From NCBI GenBank assembly GCA_011390035.1, contig JAABTE010000073.1, positions 1-10,119 on the forward strand: DNA of 10,119 nucleotides, written 5' to 3'. Shown piece after piece: positions 1-7,891 of this stretch (positions are counted from its first letter, which is position 1; every line of letters begins with the position of its first letter). Position numbers and translations under genes: made by a program. The stretch is from Desulfobacteraceae bacterium (GTDB lineage: Bacteria > Desulfobacterota > Desulfobacteria > Desulfobacterales > JAABSP01). The notes under the pieces were generated by a model. It saw only the letters and a list, made by a program, of their open reading frames with translations, did no database searches and was not told the origin of the DNA.

Positions 1-3000
1 CCGCGGCTGCCGCCGCCACGGCGTCCACATCCATGGTCGGCTGGGCCAGGCTTTTGGCCAAAGCGGAGAGCTGGGCCAGGGTTTCCGGGCTCAGGGAGAC
101 GGGCGTGGACCGGTTCGCCCTGTCCGAACCATCCGGACGGTCCGAACCGTCCTTCCAATCCGAATGTCCCGCCCAATCCGAATGTCCCGGCCGGTCTGAT
201 CGCTCCGGCCCGCTCAATCGGTCTATGCCGGTCTCGATGGCGGATTTGATGGCCTCCAGGCCGTCCTGGAAGGCCGAGAGCCGCGCCACCACCTTGTTTA
301 CCGGATCTCCGGCGTCACCGCCCCGGAAGAGCTGGTTTTTCCCGAAGGTCTTTTTGATCTCCTCCCATCGTTTCGCGTCGGCCGCCGTGGCCCAGCCGGT
401 CAGCTCCTTGAACTTGAGCAGGTTGGCCTCCGCGCCGGTGGTCAGGGTCTGGGCCTCGTTTTCATAATGGGACAGTATGAGGGTCTTCAGCTCCGCCTCG
501 TTCATCAACGGCGGCACCTTTTCGGTCAACCGATTCATGTTCCGGTAGGAGCCCTGGAGCCTGAAGGCCGGCTCCGTCCGGTATTCGTCCGACTGCCCGG
601 CGGAAAGGATGTATTCCTTGTTCACCTTCAGGATCACGTCCCGGATGGCGATCAGCTTTTTCATCACCGACACCATCTCCTCCACCTGCTCCCTGGAGTA
701 GGCGCCCGTCAGCTCCACCCCCTCCCGCTGGCCGGTCTCGGCGATCTGGATGATGCCGTAAACGTCCCGCTGGCTCCGGGAGGCCAGGGCGTTCAGGGCC
801 GGGTTGGAGGTGAGGGCGTTTTCCAGATAGCTCATCTTGAAGTCCTCGGCGCTGTCGCCGATGATGTCCCCAAGGTTGTAGGTGTCGGCCCGGTTTGCCA
901 GCATGTCCGGAATCTTGAACTTCTCGCCGCTTTCCGTGTAGGGGTTGCCCGCCATCACCACCGCCACCTTGCGGCCCCGCAGATCATAGGTGCGGGCCCT
1001 GCCCTTGTAGATCCCCTCGATCTTGCGCTGGGCGTCGCACAGGGAGATGAATTTTTGCAGCAGCTCCGGGTTGCAGTGCTGGATGTCGTCCAGGTAGAGC
1101 ATCACGTTGTCGCCCATCTCCAGGGCCAGGTTGAGCTTTTCGATCTCCTCTCTGGCCGAGGCGAAGGGCGCCTCCGCCGGGTCCAGCGACGTGACACGAT
1201 TACTGATGGCCGGCCCGTTGATCTTCATAAAGATGATGCCCAAACGGTTGGCGATGTACTCCATCAGGGTGGTCTTGCCGTATCCGGGGGGCGAGATGAG
1301 CAGCAGCAGGCCCATAAGGTCGGTGCGCTTGGCCTCCCCGGCCACGCCGATCTGCTTGGCCAGGTTGTTGCCGATCAGGGGCAGATAGACCCTGTTGATC
1401 AGCCGGTTGCGCACAAAGGAGCTGAGGACCCGCGGCTTGAACTCATCCAGCCGCATGTCATGCCGCATGGCGTCGGTCAGTGTCTTTTTCAGCGACTGAT
1501 ATCGATTGAACAGAGGGGCCGCCTCGGCCTCGTGCCGGGTCATCCGGTCCATGAAATCAAGATAGTCCAGCCGATACCGCCCCCCCGCGATCACGGCATG
1601 GTCACCCGCCATGCCGTCGATATCCACCGCCATGGGCGCGTCGATCCTGGCGGTGGCGGCCCAGTCCTTAAAAAAGACGAGGGCCGCCGCCTCATCCATG
1701 AAGGTCCGGGCGCCGGCGTCCAGTGAGGATTCCACATACCCGCGCACCCAGTCCCGTATCAGTTCGAATTCACCGGCGGGCGTATCCCGCAGCTTTTCAC
1801 GCGCTTCGGCAAAGGTCTTGTCCGACTTCTTTTCCAGCACTAAAGCGTTAAAGTCCCTGGCGATGTCGCTGGCGGGCCGGCTGATGGCGAAGCCGGGACC
1901 GCTCGTTTTTTCCGCGAACAGATACGCGGCCGCGCCAGGTGCCAGGGACGAGGGGAAAAGGCCTGTGGATTCGGCGAATTCGGCGATCCCCCGCTCCAGT
2001 TCCGAAAGATACCGCTTCTGTTGAGAGCGCAGTGAAAACAGGCGCTGCATGGCGCCGAAGGCGGTGAGCCGGTGTTCCATCCGGCTTCCGGCGTCCTTGT
2101 CCGCCATCAGCTCCCAGTAGAGCCGCGCCAGGACCCGCTGGCCGGGTGGGAACCGCAGCAGCCCGATGTTGACATGAATATCGCGCAGCGCGGAAAGTAT
2201 CCGCGCCCCGTCGGCGTCGTGAACGCCCTTGGTGTACCCTTCGGTGTAGCGCGGGCCCATGAAGGTCCGGACCATTTCGATCCATTGATCGGCGTCGGTC
2301 GAATCCGCCGCGCTGGCAGCTACCGCTCCGGTTTCCCCTTTTGGCGCGGCCGAATCCCGTTGCCCCGGCGCCGTTGTCATCTCCATCAGCATCCGGTAGG
2401 CCAGGTATTCGGCCCGATACACCGTCGCGCTCTCCGACGGCACCGTCATCTCCCACGCCGGCCGGGTGGCCTCGAATTCCGGGTCATTGATGGGCGAAAA
2501 AAAGTTGGTTCCGGTCAGGTGAAACCACTGCCCGCCCTCCCTCGGCACCACGGTCAGGTCCAGGGGCCGCACGTTCACCGTGAAATGATGATCGCCCATG
2601 CGGATCACGTTGGCCCCGTCCACGAACAGATCCTTGCGGTCCTTGAGCTGGCGGACGGCGTCTTCCCGGGCGCTTTTAAGGCGGGACTGGATGTCGTCCG
2701 CCTTCACCGTGTCCTCCAGCTCCAGAAGCTGGGCCACGATGTTCCGGATCTTTTCCACCATCATGTCCGAGGCGAAGTAGGCGTTGATGGCGTCGATATT
2801 GTCCAGCCCGGCGATGCGATTGCCGATGCCCTTTATGATCCGCTCCGCCGCGGACAACAGGGTGGCGGCCTTTTTGCCGCGGGCCTCCACCAGACTCAGC
2901 TTGCGGGTCTCGAAGGCGTTGCGCAGCTCGTCGCGCTTTTCCGAAAGATCCAGTATAAAGTCGTCGAAATCGGCGAACCGCCCCTCCAGCTCCTCGATCT

Positions 3001-5200
3001 GCACCATCACCCGGGTCAGGTAATCGTCGCATTTTGCCGGCGTGTCGCTGATGTCCAGGTAATTGATCACGCTCTGGTTGAGCAGTTTTATCAGGGCGTT
3101 GAACTGGGCCGCGCCCTCCTCGCCCCGGAGGAGCTTGCGCCGGTTTTTCAGTGACGCCTGGGCGCCGTTGAGGTGGGAATAGATGGCCGAGATGTTGTCG
3201 ATGATCCGGGTGGTCCGGGTGGCGTCGGCGATCTTCAGGTTGCTCACGATGTCGATGAGCATCTCAAGGCCCGCGCCGGCCGCGTCGATCTCCTTCTGGG
3301 CGGCGTCCGCGTCCACCACCCGCTCGAGGCCCTCGATGGTCGCCTGGATCGTCTCCACCCGTTCCTGGTAGGGCTTTAAGGATTCCGGATTGAGCAGGAA
3401 GCTGACGCACCGGCCCGACAGGTCGTCCGTGGCCGCCGTCACCGAATCCTCCAAGGCATCCACCGCCCCAAGGTCCACATGGCGCAGCTCTTTCAGAGAG
3501 ATCAGCTCGCCGCGCGCCCCCCGAAGGGCGGACAGGCTCTCCACAAAGGCGTCGATGTGGTCGATGGTCCGGGCTCGGGTCTCGGTCAGGATGGTTTCGG
3601 CCTTCTCCGACACCCGGGCCACCTCGCTCCGGGTGTGCTCTTTCATGCGCCGGACCTTCTCGTATTCCTCTATGGCGCCGGCCGCGGCGGAGCGGATGGC
3701 CGTCAGGGTGGATTTGATGTCGAAGGCCTCTTTGCGGCCCAGCCAGAAGTAGGTGTCGGCGATGTCGCCGGCCTTTTTCACCATATCAATGTAAAGGCCG
3801 TCGTAGGCATCCTCCCGGCCCAGCAGCTTGAGCAGCTCGCTGCACTCGGCCATGCAGCGCACGATGTCGGGGTTGCCGATCTTGAAAAGATAGGCGTCGC
3901 TCCGCTCCGTCTTCCGGGTCAGGGCGTAGTCGGAGCTGATGTAGGGCGTCTGCCACACCTGCACCGCGTGGTGGCGGGCCGGCTCCCGGGTGGCGCGGAA
4001 GATGAGCATCCGACCGTCCTCGAAGACCGAGTACCCGTTGCAGGGCACCGGGCTTTCAACCTTCTGCTCGATGACGTTGTAAGACAGCAGCGCGTAATCG
4101 CCCGACTCCGGGTGATGAAAGACGTACAGGTGATCCTCGCCGTTGGCCGATGCCACCTTCGTTTCATGGCGCATGCCGGCGATGTGGCTTTCAAACTTCT
4201 TCAACTCCCCGGTCTGAAGGTAATAGCCGCTGGAAAAGATGACCCCGTGGCCGTCCGGCAACAGAACGCAGGCGTCCCGGATGGCGTCCACCCGGTGGAC
4301 CTCCCGGGTCTTTTCATTGAAGATGAAGTGGCGGAATTCCGGCTCCATGTAAGGCTTGATCCGCGCCAGTATCATGTTGCCCACCGCGGCATAGAAGATC
4401 TCCGCGTCGTCCAGGGTCTGATCCGGATCGTCCACCGGCTCGGAATAGATGCCCTGGCCGTCCTCGGTGTTGTCCTCCACCTTGAAGGTGATATCGCCGC
4501 CCACCGCCTCCACGAAAACCCGGTCCTGAATGGAGATGTGCGGGTGCCTGCCGAACCGGTGCAGGTCCCGGTGGGTGCGCGTCCATTCGAACTGGTGCTG
4601 GGGCGGGTATTTGAACTGATGGTCGCTGCGGTTGTCCACATACTGCAGGCCGCCGTCGGTCATCCGCCACTTGAAGGTCTTGATGTCCCCGGCGCTCTTG
4701 CCGATGTGAAAGACCATGAACAGGTGGCCGCCGATCACCGAGAACTTGGAGAACCGGGTGTCCCGGTAATACTTGTAAAGGCCCGCAAAATCCCGCTCGA
4801 ACCGTTCGTCGGCCAGGGGGTGATCCCCGGCCGCCGGGTCCAGCTCCGAGAATGCCTGGTCCCGATAGGCGTAGACGGAGAAAACGTCGCCGATCTCGGT
4901 TTCCGATTTCAAGCCCATGCGGACGTTGTAGCCGAACAGGAAGCGGTCGCCCCCCAAAGGCGCCATGTCCCTTGGCAGGCAGTTGTTCCGGGTGGAGATC
5001 CGGTCTGTTGCCAGAAGGGAAAAGTCGATGGCGCCGAAGATCTCCTTGCGGGCGGCGTTGAGCTTTTCCAGCCGTTCGCGCAACTGGTCGCCGCCGGTCC
5101 GGAGCCGGTTCCGGATGATTTCGTATGCGCCGCCGTCAAGAGCCGATGCGTCGGGCCCGTCGTTTTGTTCCGCCGTTGCGGTTGCCTCCGCCTGGGGCAT
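1..5200 (-). CDS. Giant multidomain protein, 5'-complete and 3'-truncated by the window start (>=1733 aa in window). N-terminal beta-rich domain (~430 aa), long alpha-helical middle region, MoxR/AAA_5-type AAA+ ATPase module, low-complexity hexapeptide-repeat tail.
   Basis: The minus-strand frame whose codon low-coordinate is congruent to 2 mod 3 is open from ATG 5198-5200 to position 2. There is an in-frame TAA five codons upstream at 5216-5218 and a purine-rich Shine-Dalgarno region (AAAGGAGAGCGAGGAAC) before the ATG. No minus-strand ORF in this frame appears in the supplied track, which omits ORFs lacking an in-window stop; the plus-strand yicC fragment at the other edge is omitted the same way. 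Manual translation gives the N-terminus MPQAEATATAEQNDGPDASALDGGAYEIIRNRLRTGGDQLRERLEKLNAARKEIFG. Walker A LLLLISPPGYGKTTLMEY is encoded at 1268-1294 (revcomp GGTGGTCTTGCCGTATCC read in frame). Walker B NVMLYLDDIQHC is at 1082-1102. The MoxR-like motif VVMAGNPYTESGEKFKIPDMLANRADTYNL lies around 880-960. The C-tail runs ...GPERSDRPGHSDWAGHSDWKDGSDRPDGSDRANRS... Frame consistency was checked at three widely separated points (5200, 1268-1294, 122-199). Confidence 0.85.
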   Translation of the reverse strand, partial: MPQAEATATAEQNDGPDASALDGGAYEIIRNRLRTGGDQLRERLEKLNAARKEIFGAIDFSLLATDRISTRNNCLPRDMAPLGGDRFLFGYNVRMGLKSETEIGDVFSVYAYRDQAFSELDPAAGDHPLADERFERDFAGLYKYYRDTRFSKFSVIGGHLFMVFHIGKSAGDIKTFKWRMTDGGLQYVDNRSDHQFKYPPQHQFEWTRTHRDLHRFGRHPHISIQDRVFVEAVGGDITFKVEDNTEDGQGIYSEPVDDPDQTLDDAEIFYAAVGNMILARIKPYMEPEFRHFIFNEKTREVHRVDAIRDACVLLPDGHGVIFSSGYYLQTGELKKFESHIAGMRHETKVASANGEDHLYVFHHPESGDYALLSYNVIEQKVESPVPCNGYSVFEDGRMLIFRATREPARHHAVQVWQTPYISSDYALTRKTERSDAYLFKIGNPDIVRCMAECSELLKLLGREDAYDGLYIDMVKKAGDIADTYFWLGRKEAFDIKSTLTAIRSAAAGAIEEYEKVRRMKEHTRSEVARVSEKAETILTETRARTIDHIDAFVESLSALRGARGELISLKELRHVDLGAVDALEDSVTAATDDLSGRCVSFLLNPESLKPYQERVETIQATIEGLERVVDADAAQKEIDAAGAGLEMLIDIVSNLKIADATRTTRIIDNISAIYSHLNGAQASLKNRRKLLRGEEGAAQFNALIKLLNQSVINYLDISDTPAKCDDYLTRVMVQIEELEGRFADFDDFILDLSEKRDELRNAFETRKLSLVEARGKKAATLLSAAERIIKGIGNRIAGLDNIDAINAYFASDMMVEKIRNIVAQLLELEDTVKADDIQSRLKSAREDAVRQLKDRKDLFVDGANVIRMGDHHFTVNVRPLDLTVVPREGGQWFHLTGTNFFSPINDPEFEATRPAWEMTVPSESATVYRAEYLAYRMLMEMTTAPGQRDSAAPKGETGAVAASAADSTDADQWIEMVRTFMGPRYTEGYTKGVHDADGARILSALRDIHVNIGLLRFPPGQRVLARLYWELMADKDAGSRMEHRLTAFGAMQRLFSLRSQQKRYLSELERGIAEFAESTGLFPSSLAPGAAAYLFAEKTSGPGFAISRPASDIARDFNALVLEKKSDKTFAEAREKLRDTPAGEFELIRDWVRGYVESSLDAGARTFMDEAAALVFFKDWAATARIDAPMAVDIDGMAGDHAVIAGGRYRLDYLDFMDRMTRHEAEAAPLFNRYQSLKKTLTDAMRHDMRLDEFKPRVLSSFVRNRLINRVYLPLIGNNLAKQIGVAGEAKRTDLMGLLLLISPPGYGKTTLMEYIANRLGIIFMKINGPAISNRVTSLDPAEAPFASAREEIEKLNLALEMGDNVMLYLDDIQHCNPELLQKFISLCDAQRKIEGIYKGRARTYDLRGRKVAVVMAGNPYTESGEKFKIPDMLANRADTYNLGDIIGDSAEDFKMSYLENALTSNPALNALASRSQRDVYGIIQIAETGQREGVELTGAYSREQVEEMVSVMKKLIAIRDVILKVNKEYILSAGQSDEYRTEPAFRLQGSYRNMNRLTEKVPPLMNEAELKTLILSHYENEAQTLTTGAEANLLKFKELTGWATAADAKRWEEIKKTFGKNQLFRGGDAGDPVNKVVARLSAFQDGLEAIKSAIETGIDRLSGPERSDRPGHSDWAGHSDWKDGSDRPDGSDRANRSTPVSLSPETLAQLSALAKSLAQPTMDVDAVAAAAA
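122..193 (-). repeat. Four tandem 18-bp units inside the giant CDS (122-139, 140-157, ~155-171, ~173-189). The last two are identical, CCAATCCGAATGTCCCG. They encode hexapeptide repeats in the C-terminal tail (RPGHSD-WAGHSD-WKDGSD-RPDGSD).
   Basis: Seen in the sequence. GTCCGAACC recurs at 122 and 140. CCAATCCGAATGTCCCG recurs at 155 and 173. All are in frame with the giant ORF. Confidence 0.8.
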
Positions 5201-5230
5201 GTTCCTCGCTCTCCTTTAGAAAATCCGGAT

Positions 5231-5248
5231 TTCAGCCGCTTCAGCCGC
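5231..5248. repeat. Tandem 9-bp direct repeat TTCAGCCGC x2, located 31-48 bp upstream of the giant gene's ATG in the 149-bp spacer.
   Basis: Seen in the sequence at 5231-5239 and 5240-5248. Confidence 0.85.
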
Positions 5249-5349
5249 GCGCCTGCGCCTTGATAAGATTCGGCGCGGTTCGGGGCCGGGGCGCACGCTC
5301 CGGGGCAGCGCGGCTCGGCCGGCGCCCCGTAAGGGCCATGGGAAGCCTT

Positions 5350-5601
5350 TCATTCGTCGGGCCACTGGTCGTGGGGCTCCACCCATACAATGAACTGCTT
5401 GTTGATGAACAGCGTCTTTTCCGCCCCCTCCTTTGTTACGGCGTCCACCAGCACGATAAAGGGCTTTTCGTCGGACGTGAACAGATCAGACACCCGGTCA
5501 TAGGCCCGGGAGAGGTTCACCTTGCCGGTCATGGTGGTGCCGTCCACCGTGCGGACGGTTATGGTTGAAAACTCCACATTTTCTGTCTTTCGCATGAACA
5601 C
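5350..5601 (-). CDS. Small hypothetical protein, 83 aa from GTG 5601 or 81 aa from ATG 5595. Predicted beta-rich, with no recognised family. Translationally coupled to the upstream flotillin gene.
   Basis: Track ORF MFMRKTENVEFSTITVRTVDGTTMTGKVNLSRAYDRVSDLFTSDEKPFIVLVDAVTKEGAEKTLFINKQFIVWVEPHDQWPDE. Its composition looks protein-like (K/E/D/T-rich), unlike the R/G/H/P-rich shadow ORFs elsewhere, and its local GC is lower than the neighbours. The Shine-Dalgarno AAAGGAGA (revcomp of 5604-5611) overlaps the flotillin TAA stop at 5611-5613 and sits 3-4 nt before GTG 5601 or 10 nt before ATG 5595. Confidence 0.6.
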   Translation of the reverse strand: MFMRKTENVEFSTITVRTVDGTTMTGKVNLSRAYDRVSDLFTSDEKPFIVLVDAVTKEGAEKTLFINKQFIVWVEPHDQWPDE

Positions 5602-5610
5602 ATGTCTCCT

Positions 5611-7857
5611 TTAGCGTTTGCCCGCGCGCCGGGGCGTGTCGGATGGTCCGGATTCGGGGCCGGGCGCCGGTTTGGCGGGTTCGGCGTCGGCGGCGAAATC
5701 CACGCGCCGGTCTGAAAGCCCCAGCCGCTCGGCCATGGCCATCAGATGATACAGGGCGCCGCGCTCTTCTCCCGCCTCGGCCTTGGCGATCATCCGCGCA
5801 AGGGCGGCCGAAAAGGTCAGGTCCCGCACATCGGCCGGGCTCAGATCGAACCGGGACAAAAACGCCTTGACCTGGTCCCGGAAGCCCGACGGCTCCGTGG
5901 ACAGCACGCTGTTTTTTACATCGGTGAGCGCGTGGCTGCTGTCGAAATACCGGTCCACCACGCGGCCGAAGCTGGCCGCCTGGATGACGCGCTCGAAAAA
6001 GGCCCCCTCTCCGCCCACGATGTCGATCTTGGCGTGCTGCAGGAAGGAGCCCAGAATATGCGCCTGGCTTTTGGCGATGTCCCGGTCGATGTCGAAGCGG
6101 GCCAGTTGGACCTCCTTGTCCTTTTCCAGGCGCAGCTTGAACTCCTCGTGATCCCGTCCCACCGCGTCCAGCAGCTTCATCGCCTCGGCCTTGGCCTCGA
6201 TGCCCTTGGCCTCAGAGGTCAGCTTCAGCTCCAGGGCGCCGGCCTCGGCCTCGCCCTTTGTCTGAACGCCCCTGGCCTCGGCCTCCAGGCGCAGGGTCTG
6301 CACCCGGGCCTCCGCGGCGCCCTTTTCGTCCAGGCCCCGGGCCTCGGACTGGAGCTTGGTCTCCAGCACATGGGCCTCGGTCATGCCGCGCTCCTCGATC
6401 AGCTTGTTCCTGGCCCGCTCCACCTGCACCTGGGCCAGGCCCTCGGCGGCCTTTTCCGCGGCGGCGGCCTCGGCCAGCATTTTCTTTCCCGTCGCTTCCT
6501 TTTCCGCGGAGCGCTGGAAGGCGTCGGCCCCCACCACCGTCTCTTCCGCCTTCAGATCCGCCGCCTTCTTTGACCCTTCCGCGGCCTTGACCACCCGGAT
6601 CATCTCCTCCTCGGCGGCCAGCTCGGCCACGGCCCGGGCCGTCTCCGCGGCCTTGGTGTCCACCAGCAGCTTTTCCTCGGCCTGCATTTCGGCCGCGGTG
6701 AGGGCCACGCGCTTTTGCCGGTCGGCGTCGGCGAAGGCCTGGGTATCCTTGATGCGCTCCTGCTCTTCTATGACGGTCTTTTCCACCATCACCCGGTCCC
6801 GGATGGCGCTCTGGATGTTCTTTCTTTCCAGCTCCAGGGCCTTGTCCTTTTCGATCCTGGCCAGCTCCACGATCCGCTCGCGCTCGGTGGCCTCGATCAT
6901 CCGGTCCTTTTCCACCCGCTCGGTCTCGATGGCCTCGGTGCGCTCCTTGTTCTTTCGGGCCACCACGATCTGCCGGTCCCGGTTTTCCTCGGCGATGCGG
7001 ATCTCCTCTTCGGTGGTGATCCGGGCCGTTTCCGCCTTCAGGCGCTCTTCCTGCTGCACCTTCAGTGTCTCGGCCTCCTCCCGGGCCTTGACCGTCTCCA
7101 TCTCCCGCTTCTGGCGGCTTTCCGCCTCGGTCAACTGGCGGTTAAGCTCCAGCACGGCCTCCTTGCCGTCCACGTCCTGCTGGGTGATCACCTTCTCCCG
7201 CTCGCGGTTGATCTGGTTTGACAGGATCTTCTGACGGCTGGTCAGCTCGGTGATCTTCTTGATGCCCTCGGCGTCCAGAATGTTATCGGGACTGAGCATT
7301 TCCACCGGCGTCTGCTCCAGAAAATCGATGGCCGCGTCATCCAGCACAAAGCCGTTCAGATCGGTGCCGATCACCTTCAGGATCTGCTCCTTGAACTGCT
7401 CCCGGGCGTTGTACAGCTCCACGAACTCGAAGTGCTTGCCCACGGTCTTGAGGCCCTCGGAGAACTTGGCCTCGAACAGCTCCCGCAGGGTCTCGATGTT
7501 CGATGCCCGGTTGCAGCCGATGGACTGGGCCACCTTTAGCACGTCCTGCTCGGTCTTGTTCACCCGCACGAAAAAGGCCACCTTGATGTCGGCCCGCATG
7601 TTGTCCTTGCAGATCAGGCCCTCGGACCCGTGCCGGTCAATGGTCAGGCGCTTGACCGAGATGTCCATCGCCTCCATCTTGTGGACCACCGGAAAGACGA
7701 ACATCCCGGTGAATGCCACCCGGGTTTTTCCCCATCCGTTTCGGATGATGACGCGCCCCTGCTCCACCTTCCGGTAGAACTTGGCCGCCATGGCGAAAAG
7801 GCCGATGATGAGGATGATGATAAAAACGAACATGGTCGCCGCTTCGTATCCGAACAT
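5611..7857 (-). CDS. yqiK: Flotillin-family SPFH/band-7 membrane-scaffold protein (YqiK/FloT-like), 748 aa. N-terminal transmembrane helix, SPFH domain, extended EA-repeat coiled coil and a basic, proline-rich C-tail.
   Basis: The N-terminal hydrophobic helix is MFVFIIILIIGLFAMAA. An SPFH-like region follows (GRVIIRNGWGKTRVAFTGMFVFPVVHKMEAMDISVKRLTIDRHGSEGLICKDNMRADIKVAFFVRV...). Then comes about 350 aa of E/A/R/K-rich heptad-type sequence with periodic EAEARG/EAKG units, and the flotillin C-terminal block ILGSFLQHAKIDIVGGEGAFFERVIQAASFGRVVDRYF. A strong Shine-Dalgarno AAGGAGG (revcomp of 7862-7868) sits 4 nt before ATG 7857. The stop is TAA at 5611-5613. Confidence 0.93.
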   Translation of the reverse strand: MFGYEAATMFVFIIILIIGLFAMAAKFYRKVEQGRVIIRNGWGKTRVAFTGMFVFPVVHKMEAMDISVKRLTIDRHGSEGLICKDNMRADIKVAFFVRVNKTEQDVLKVAQSIGCNRASNIETLRELFEAKFSEGLKTVGKHFEFVELYNAREQFKEQILKVIGTDLNGFVLDDAAIDFLEQTPVEMLSPDNILDAEGIKKITELTSRQKILSNQINREREKVITQQDVDGKEAVLELNRQLTEAESRQKREMETVKAREEAETLKVQQEERLKAETARITTEEEIRIAEENRDRQIVVARKNKERTEAIETERVEKDRMIEATERERIVELARIEKDKALELERKNIQSAIRDRVMVEKTVIEEQERIKDTQAFADADRQKRVALTAAEMQAEEKLLVDTKAAETARAVAELAAEEEMIRVVKAAEGSKKAADLKAEETVVGADAFQRSAEKEATGKKMLAEAAAAEKAAEGLAQVQVERARNKLIEERGMTEAHVLETKLQSEARGLDEKGAAEARVQTLRLEAEARGVQTKGEAEAGALELKLTSEAKGIEAKAEAMKLLDAVGRDHEEFKLRLEKDKEVQLARFDIDRDIAKSQAHILGSFLQHAKIDIVGGEGAFFERVIQAASFGRVVDRYFDSSHALTDVKNSVLSTEPSGFRDQVKAFLSRFDLSPADVRDLTFSAALARMIAKAEAGEERGALYHLMAMAERLGLSDRRVDFAADAEPAKPAPGPESGPSDTPRRAGKR
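6180..6420 (-). repeat. Periodic GC-rich repeats (GGCCTCGGCCTC-type) encoding the EA-rich heptad repeats of the flotillin coiled coil (LETKLQSEARGLDEKGAAEA / RVQTLRLEAEARGVQTKGEAEA / GALELKLTSEAKGIEAKAEA).
   Basis: Seen in the sequence. These are the characteristic flotillin EA repeats. Confidence 0.6.
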
Positions 7858-7891
7858 GACGCCTCCTTGAAGTGTGGGCTGTATCGAAGAT

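Noticed and set aside
122-193. CRISPR array, or a mobile-element terminal repeat, for the 18-bp tandem repeats
   Set aside because: There are only four contiguous units with no spacers, they lie entirely in frame inside a coding sequence, and no cas or transposase genes are nearby. They are a coding tandem repeat.
1848-5139. Minus-strand track ORFs 1848-2456, 2676-3032, 3919-4194, 4314-4670, 4372-4641, 4909-5139
   Set aside because: They are in the wrong frames relative to the giant gene, Arg/Gly/Pro-rich and low-complexity. They are out-of-frame artefacts inside the giant CDS.
467-5263. Three long plus-strand ORFs from the track (467-1726, 2072-3154, 3479-5263) plus 33-467 and several shorter ones
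   Set aside because: Their composition is dominated by H/R/G/L/V/Q/P and they have no ribosome-binding sites. They lie exactly antisense to the continuous minus-strand giant ORF, which yields coherent AAA+ motifs. They are high-GC antisense shadow frames and not genes.
5284-5330. GC-rich hairpin as an intrinsic terminator after the 83-aa gene
   Set aside because: It has a 7-bp stem with a ~27-nt loop and no downstream U-tract, so it is not a convincing rho-independent terminator. It is kept only as a possible structural element.
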